Origin: Amoebidium appalachense
Taxonomy: Eukaryota > Protista > Ichthyosporea
Length of the DNA: 64,000 bases
Direction of reading: 5' to 3'
Assembly (NCBI GenBank): GCA_963693365.1
Contig: CAVNZM010000005.1
Coordinates: forward strand, 2,718,342 to 2,782,341
Both the position numbers and the translations under genes were made by a program. Position 1 is the first letter of the stretch. Each line of letters starts with the position of its first letter. Positions 22,543 to 64,000 of this stretch are shown in pieces. The notes below the pieces were generated by a model, which worked only from the letters and a program-made list of their open reading frames with translations, was not told where the DNA came from and made no database searches.

Positions 22543-23579
22543 TTTGTATTGGCTAGCTGGGCGATTTTTTGGTGTTATGGCGGTTAGAAAGTTAGCCCAT
22601 TACGTGTGCTGATTGGAATGTTTGCACAACTTGTCAAATCTCTTTGTTTGATACCTCTTTGTTGTTGTAACACATTGAAGCACACTCCTGTTTTAGTAAA
22701 CAAAATTTGAAAATATACTATGATATGGCCTTTGCACCCAAATTTGTGGGGAGGTTGGGTTGTTTATCGGCCGTGTGCATGTGAGGTTGTGTCCAGGTGC
22801 CGGCACCAGTTCAACAGGACTGCCACCGAATAAGTATAGTACCAGATAACTAATTAGCTCGTACGGTGAGATCTGGCGGTCCGATATACATGCTTCGTGT
22901 GTGGGTGTTTGTGGGTGAGTTTGTCTTGGCGTGGTGTGTGTGTGTGTGTGTTGGGGGGGGGGGGGGGGGTTTTTGCAAATGAGGCTCGGTTTGCGCTGGT
23001 TTGTTTTACACGAACTCTTTTCTTTTTTAAGTTTCTTGGCATACAGAACCCGAAGCTGCTAGGCTTGCACCTTATGTAAAGCTGAGGTGTTTAGGGTCAA
23101 CAGGGGTTTTGGCCCTTTTACAAGAGTCAGCCAGCTAATATTAGTTATTACTAAGTACGATATTATTTCGAAAGACCCCCGCCTCAACAGACTCGCTGCC
23201 ACTGTGTGGGCTGGATGGGATGGGTGTATCATGTGTGTGTGTGTGTGGGTGGGTGGGTGGGTGTGTGACACTGTGTGCGTTTGCGTGTGCCCAAGTGTGT
23301 GTACACGTGTGTGTGTGTGCGCGCGTGTGTGCCTATGTGTGTGTGTTGGGGGGCCGGGGGGGGGGGGGGGGGGGGGGGAGGGAGGTTGTATTGTTGGTCC
23401 TCTTTTCCCCACTTCTTTTTTTATGTATTGTACATATCCACAGGTCGGATTTTTTTCTCCCCCCCCTTTTTTTTTTCTCTCTTCCTTGTGTTTCCGTTTT
23501 TTGCATATCTGTACCATGTCCGTGAATGATTAGGCTGATAGATATGTACGGCCATTTTCTTTTCGTCTGCTGTGGAAGC

Positions 23580-23670
23580 AAAGTATGGGTTGGGAACCAC
23601 GCGCGAGAGGTTAAAGAGTCGAAACCCATGCTTTTGTGGAGGCATAGGAACCCCCCTGATGATGGGCTCT
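23580..23670 (+). ncRNA. Hammerhead ribozyme candidate, non-circularly permuted (copy B1)
   Basis: Stem III AAAGUAUGGGU (23580-90) pairs with ACCCAUGCUUU (23624-34), 11 bp. GUU cleavage triplet at 23589-91; GAAAC at 23621-25; CUGAUGA at 23656-62. Stem I GGG (23592-94) pairs with CCC (23653-55). Stem II AGAGUC (23615-20) pairs with GGCUCU (23665-70). Confidence 0.75.
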
Positions 23671-23788
23671 GTTCAAGTATCTTCTGCCTACTCGCTTAAG
23701 TTGTTTGATTTTGGATTTCCCATTTTGTGACGTTTTGTTGATGCTCGTTGTTGTCTCCTCCATATTTCCAACCCTCTAGCGCATACAT
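23580..23788 (+). mobile_element. Family B ribozyme-bearing element with poly(C) 3' end
   Basis: Ribozyme plus a tail of about 120 nt ending CCAACCCTCTAGCGCATACAT, then C29. The tail is shared with 51213-51350 and 15908-15975. The 5' boundary is not defined. Confidence 0.75.
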
Positions 23789-23819
<31 letters not shown>

Positions 23820-24058
23820 ACACACACACACACACACACTGCTTCCCTTTCACTCCCACTCCCCCGGCCTCATATCCTGTATGTTCATGTCTCAAAATTC
23901 TCACTCTCTTTCTAGGCTCCCTTTCCCTCTTCCCCACCTCAGACTTCCTCTCTCCCGCTGTGACTCACCCAAATCCCCCCCCCCCCCCCCCCCCGCCCCT
24001 CTCCCCCCCGCCTTCCCCCCCCCCCCCCCCCTCCCCGCCGTCCCCCCCCCCCTTCCCC

Positions 24059-24810
<752 letters not shown>

Positions 24811-26276
24811 CCCAGGGCGTCTCACCACCACCGAAGGGGAAAAAAGAAAAAAAAGAAAAACGCCCATCCATTCCACTGCAGGCCAGCCGGCCCAAACACC
24901 ATCTACAATAACCTTTTTAATTGCCTTCAATTGCAAGATGCAAAAGCATGCTGTGTATCACAGCAGATTGTGAACACCCGAGTATATTGCGGCGTATGTA
25001 GCCAAGCAAATTATTTCAGTTCGAGGCTCAGGATAACTCTGCTTGTAACTTGGTAAATTTTATTTTCTTTAATATTTCAGCCAATCACTGCTAGTATAAT
25101 TATAAATTTGTGATTAGTACCCTATACGTTTAACATGCAAGACTACCCAGCTCACGTGCACAGCAAGCTGCTACTTCCGTCATGATCAGAATTCAATGAT
25201 TCTGCTCAAAGAATGGTAGCCTACGTCCATGATCAGCTTTTAATATTAATGGTTATAATCGCGATCGTCATTCTGCTTGCGGCTGAACTTCAAATTTGTT
25301 TCGGGCAGTGAATAATTTTCGTTCTACAGAATAATTCTGTTTACTTGCAGAATAACTCGGCTCGCACAGAATTTGTTCAGCTAATTATCAGTTGTGGGCA
25401 AGAACCTCTGTACTCCCTAACAATATCATTATACACAGAACTTCCATGTGTATGCAACTTACCAACACCCACCGCGCCATGCCAGACCACATAAATGTGC
25501 TTGTGTGCACACACAAACCTTTTCACACTTTATTGCGTGCCATTCAAAATATGATCATAACTGCCATAAGGCTTGGAGGTAGGTGAGAAAACATGGTGCC
25601 GCTAGGGCCCCAAGGCCTGAAGAACGGGCAGCCTTCAAAACCGTTACGGGAACGAAAGAAAAAACTTTGACTGCAAGATGAAAGTCCGAGTGAAAAGATC
25701 ATGCTCTATCAATCGTTCCAAAAGCTTTACAAAGTGTGTGCAACCCGTTTTTTTTTACACATATACACCATTCATAAACATTGTTTAAAGGGAAACAGAA
25801 AGTAGGATATGGCAACACATCTCAAAAATCTGCACAACAGCCAGAGAGCAACGTTTTGTAAGGCCATACACGGTCTAACGGCAACAAAAAAAATGTGTGG
25901 ACCTCAGGATCCATTCAAACACATCCACCAAGAAGAAACAAACTTTGTGACAAGTTCATATGCATATTCCCTAGAGCAAGAGCAAGGGGGAACTTCGAAG
26001 AAAAGACAAAAAAGTTGAACCATACACCAATCCTTGTCAATGAGATGTGAGGCCAACGAAGACACATACGTCTAAAGGCCAACTTAACACACAATTTCCC
26101 CTGTTTGGCATCAGAATAACAAAAACAAAATGAATGAGCACACAAGTGTGTCCACCATTCTCCAACCTTCGACAAGGCACAATTACGTTTCAGAGTACAT
26201 TATCAGAATCTTAAAAATGTTAAAATGAAAACAAATTGGTGTGTGTGTGTGTGGTGGTGGTGGTGGTGGTGGTGGT

Positions 26277-26310
<34 letters not shown>

Positions 26311-26725
26311 GTGAAAAAAAAAGAAAGGAAAAGAGAAAAAAATGGAAACAAAACATCACAAGGAAAGTACTTGCAATAAGTTCTTTCAGATCACAGAGCC
26401 AGCATTTCACCCCGTTTTCCTTGTATCAAGGCGAATATGAAACTCCAAAAAAGGGAGAAGCACCATTTGAAAATGCCAACCACTTGAATACTAGAGCAAC
26501 ATGATGCGTAATGACGTCATAATGACGTAGCACAACATGCCGACTTAGACCTTAACATCCAAACTCTCATAGCACTAGTTGGTCTTCGAGGTCGCTAGCC
26601 AGTGTGTCGCAGTCACTCTCTCCCAGCTCCCAGTCAGGTTCGTTTCTGCAAATTTCAGAAGTCAAACGAAGGAATTTATGCTCTAGAGACATGCAAGCAC
26701 ACAGTTAACCATTCCACTAGCTCCC

Positions 26726-26763
<38 letters not shown>

Positions 26764-27134
26764 AAGGAAACATTTACGGGCCATTTTCACCATTTTCAAA
26801 CAACGGCACATTGCCCACATTCTCCAAATCCCTCTATCAAATTCAGAAGACCAAACACTGGTAGATCTACCCCCCCCCCCCCCCCCCTCCAAAACACATG
26901 CACACACACACCCCCCCCACCCACCCACCCACCCACCCACCCACCCACACAAATCCGGGCTTTTAGCTCGTGGCTTGTTGGATTAAAAACGATACACGCA
27001 GGCATTCACAAATACGAGTTGTTTGCTTTGGGGCAGACAGAACAGAACCAGCACCCTTACAGCCTAAAACCAGAATGAAGCAAAAACATTGAGGGCTGGG
27101 ACATGTCCAAAGAAGATGGAAAGCGGGTTACTAG

Positions 27135-27183
<49 letters not shown>

Positions 27184-27249
27184 GGGCAGGGGAGAGGGGA
27201 GTGGAGGGGGGGAAGCAGAAGGGATATAGAGGGAATGGAAACGAGGGAT

Positions 27250-46731
<19,482 letters not shown>

Positions 46732-46740
46732 TTTGGGATG

Positions 46741-46900
<160 letters not shown>

Positions 46901-48159
46901 TATGTGTGTGTGTGTGTGTGTGGGTGTGTGTTTTAGGGGGAAGGGGCCGAGGGGGAGTCAGCAAGCTTGTGTGTAATCGTACGTACAACCTCGTACGAGT
47001 GGGTGTGAGTGAGTAAGCAAGTAAAAGAGAGAGTGTGTGTGTGCATGCACGCGCGCGTGCTTTTGCGTGTATTGTGTGTGTGTGAGCTTTTTGTGTGTTC
47101 GTGTCTGTGTGTATGTGTAGGAGCATACACTATGGGTGTGCCCATTGCTATGTGTGTATGCGTGCAATCGGGGTATGAGGAGAGTGGGAGAGAAACACAC
47201 AAAACACAAACACACACGCGCACACACACACAGGCATACCTTTTTCATTTTTTTTTATACTCCTGCAGGCCCGTCCCCATTTCCTTCTTGTAGGCAACAA
47301 ATGCGTCTGACATCAAACAAATTCCATGCAAAGATGGATCGAGCATCAATTCTAATGCAAGACAGTGGGAGAAGACCAGCAGTCAATTTTACAAATATGA
47401 CCCAGGGATCCCAGGGTCCCTCCCTCCCAGCCCAGCCAAGTCAGCCTTTGTTTTCCAGCCTTCGCTCACCTGCTAGGTCAATAACATGGTCTCTCGGCTC
47501 ACTCTATAAAGGATGAACCGAGGCTCTCAAAGTTTTTCAGGATGTGATCTCCAGAAAATGGTGTGCCCTTGGAGAGAAGATTACAAAAGAAAGAGCGGCG
47601 TGTGTAGAAGGGGGGCTTCAAGAGTCTCCCCCAACCCAATAAGTCACTATCAGATGATGTTCGAATGGTGCTGAAGCAAGCCTACCTATCAACGAACTTG
47701 CATGGAACTTTCCAAGAGGCTACCGCACTGAGGCACAAACACAAGTAGTTCATTGCTATTACGTCCTAAGCACAAGTGTAGATACAGGCGCCCCAGTTCA
47801 ACGCACAAAAACACTTCAGCTAAAGCTGACTGATTCGAGTCTCGAAGGTGGCCAAGGCCCAGGACAAAACATAAAATGAGGCCAGTGCCAACTTGCCAAG
47901 GGTGAGCCGCGGAGATGACGTCATATTATCATTTAGTGATTTGGTGTCTTGGTCAAGAGCCATTTTATGACATCATCAGTATGCGCAAACACCCAGTGCC
48001 CTCTGCAAAGATTTCACATACTGTCTGACTGTGCTGTGAAAAAGTAGGAGTCGGTGTCAGTTTACGTGGCTTGTGCCGGATTTATATGCCATTCCCAAGT
48101 AGAGAAAACTAAGTTTCGCACCCGTTTTTGTTTGACACAGGAGTATTGATGATTGAAAA

Positions 48160-59408
<11,249 letters not shown>

Positions 59409-59472
59409 CGATGCTTCAAACTGCTGTTGGATTAACCCTTTCTGTAACTTCTTCTGATGCACGTTGCAAATG

Positions 59473-59565
59473 GTATGCACATGTAAGTAGTGTTAATATC
59501 TGAATGCCCTACAAACCGTATGCACATGTAAGTAGTGTTAATATCTGAATGCCCTACAAACTGTA
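59473..59565. repeat. 45-bp tandem duplication downstream of the DDHD gene stop
   Basis: GTATGCACATGTAAGTAGTGTTAATATCTGAATGCCCTACAAAC occurs twice. Confidence 0.85.
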
Positions 59566-59885
59566 GATTATGTATCGCATAATGCATGAATGGTGGATTC
59601 CAGTTACAAGGGTAACACGTAGAAGGTTGCTTTTGACAGTTTTTGGAAGGCGAGTACGTGTGCAGGGTTTTCCTTGCTGCTGTTGTTGTTTTGGGTGGCT
59701 AGATGGGTACTTGGTGTGTGGGGGGGGACGGGGGGAGGGGGGAGGGGGGGGGTTGTGGTGGTGGTATGGTGGCGGTGGGGAGGGGGGGGGGGGGGTGTAC
59801 ATCCATCGTACTTGTTGTACAGTCGTTCTGCTGCTATTTCAAAATACATGTTTGGATACTTTGACGACTTTAATTTGTCGGTTAA

Positions 59886-59925
<40 letters not shown>

Positions 59926-60094
59926 CCTCCCCCAGCCCTCAGTGCCCTTGCCCCGGGAAAAAGGTCACACATTGGCACACACCCGTGCATCCCGCGCACA
60001 TGCATGCACGTGCGGGTGCACACACACACACACACACAAACACTCAAAAGTGCGCAAGCACACACAAATACGAGTGCACGCGCAAACCTGCACA

Positions 60095-60191
60095 CATGAT
60101 ATAACACTGAGGGGATGGATATACCAAGCAAACCCACCAATACCTGGGACTGGTACCGGTGTCTTTGTGCCTCGAGTAAGCTTTGCGTAAG
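60095..60191 (+). mobile_element. Family C dispersed repeat ending in poly(C), copy 2
   Basis: Colinear block-wise similarity to 20892-20981, followed by a long C-run. Confidence 0.6.
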
Positions 60192-61040
60192 CCCCCCCCC
60201 CCCCCCCCCCCCCCCCCCCTTCCCCCCCCCCTCCTCCCCTCCCCACACACACACACACACACACACACACCACCACCACCACCACCACCCACCCACCCAT
60301 CCCCCACGGTGACCCCTCCCCGTCCCCAACCCCTTCCAACTCCCTTTAAACGTTCATATTATAACAGGCCCTAGATCGGATAGCCATACACACCTCTACT
60401 GCGACGCTATGCAACCCTTTGACCCATACGCACATATAATCTGCTATGTGATAATGGATTGACGCTTGTTTCGTCGGCCATAATAATTATACATATACGT
60501 GTATACAGTGCATGGATGGGCTGAGTGTTCAAGTTTATATGCAACCAACCGGCCGCAGGGTTTGCAGTCGTTCGCGATAGGCGGCACCGTGTCTCATCAT
60601 CATAGTTACGTTATTCAAGCATATGGCTTCAAGTCACTGGCGTACTAGTAGGTGTATAGCATTGTGCCCGTGAGTGTGGGGCCCTGGCTGGGGTGAGGTG
60701 AATTATGCTGCAGTGGTATTAATCACACGGTGGAGCTCGAGGTGGTGGTGGTTCTTTTGTTTCTTTCGTTTCGTTCTTTTCTTTTCTTCTTTCTTTTTCT
60801 TTTTTTTTTTGCCTGTATGTGTGTGTGTGCATAATCATGTGTGTGTGTCGGGGAGGAGCGGCGGAGGGGCGTGAGGGGAGATTGGGGCCCCCGGGGGAGG
60901 GGGGGGGAGGGGGGGGGGGGGGAGGAGGGGGGAGGGGAAAGGATCGAGGCCTCTGGGGCCTGGAACATGTTCGGGAAGGAATAAAAAGAGGACTCTCCGA
61001 GTTTCCCAACTATTAGCTATGTAGTACATAATTATTTGCA

Positions 61041-63450
<2,410 letters not shown>

Positions 63451-63819
63451 GGCTAAACTCCGATCCCCCCCCCCCCCTCCCCCCCCCTCCTCCCCCCCTC
63501 CCCCTTTCTCTTTCTCCCCCCCCCCCCCCCCCCCCCCCCCAAACACACACACACAAACTCTTGATTGTGACTGCCCGTCTCCTCCTTGCACTCGGTAACC
63601 ATCTTCCTCTTTCCACCTGCCCTGGCCCCCAGTGTACCGTTCCACTCTGGCAGAATGGTGAAAACCATCACTGAAGAATCACCACTGTTTTTCCACGTGT
63701 GAGCAAAAAGATCGCTGGAAACTTTGAGTAGGAGAAAAGAGAACCGTTAAAGAATGCTTGGGGTGTGCATCTAAGGGTTGGGTGCTTCAACGGGTCCATG
63801 TGTAGGGTTGGTTGCTGGT

Positions 63820-64000
63820 ATGTGCATGTGTAGCCTGGCTGAGTGCTTGCATGCATGTGTAGCCTGGGTATATGCTTGTGTGCATGTGTAGCCTGGTTAT
63901 ATGCTTGTGTGCATGTGTAGCCTGGTTATATGCTTGTGTGCATGTGTAGCCTGGTTATACGCTTGTGTGCATGTGTAGCCTGGTTATACGCTTGTGTGCA
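63820..64000. repeat. 29-bp minisatellite running off the window end
   Basis: GCATGTGTAGCCTGGTTATATGCTTGTGT, about 6 copies. Confidence 0.9.

Noticed and set aside
47240-47313. Coding first exon of PASK (MSDAFVAY..)
   Set aside because: It meets an in-frame TGA before the donor and is out of phase with the downstream exon chain. Treated as 5' UTR, with the ATG at 46731.
59604-60329. 241-aa minus-strand ORF
   Set aside because: Mostly homopolymer and microsatellite sequence plus a family C repeat, with no recognisable domain or consistent splice pattern.

Overview
Eukaryotic genomic DNA, intron-rich and saturated with (CA)n, (TC)n and poly-C/G tracts; a unicellular opisthokont or holozoan is plausible, but that is inference only. 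Nearly all supplied ORFs are microsatellite artefacts. Splicing by hand gives four multi-exon genes: an ankyrin + PX-domain protein (+), an RBM26/27 homologue (-), a PAS kinase (-, about 28 exons) and a PH + DDHD phospholipase A1-like gene (+). There is also an intronless, frameshifted LRR pseudogene, two MITEs and several minisatellites. The main discovery is a set of short interspersed elements ending in poly(C), with at least 8 copies in 2 families. Four copies carry all three hammerhead ribozyme core strands (GUU, GAAAC, CUGANGA) in a non-circularly permuted, pseudoknotted order, with covarying helices. All 7 intronic copies lie in the sense orientation of their host genes.
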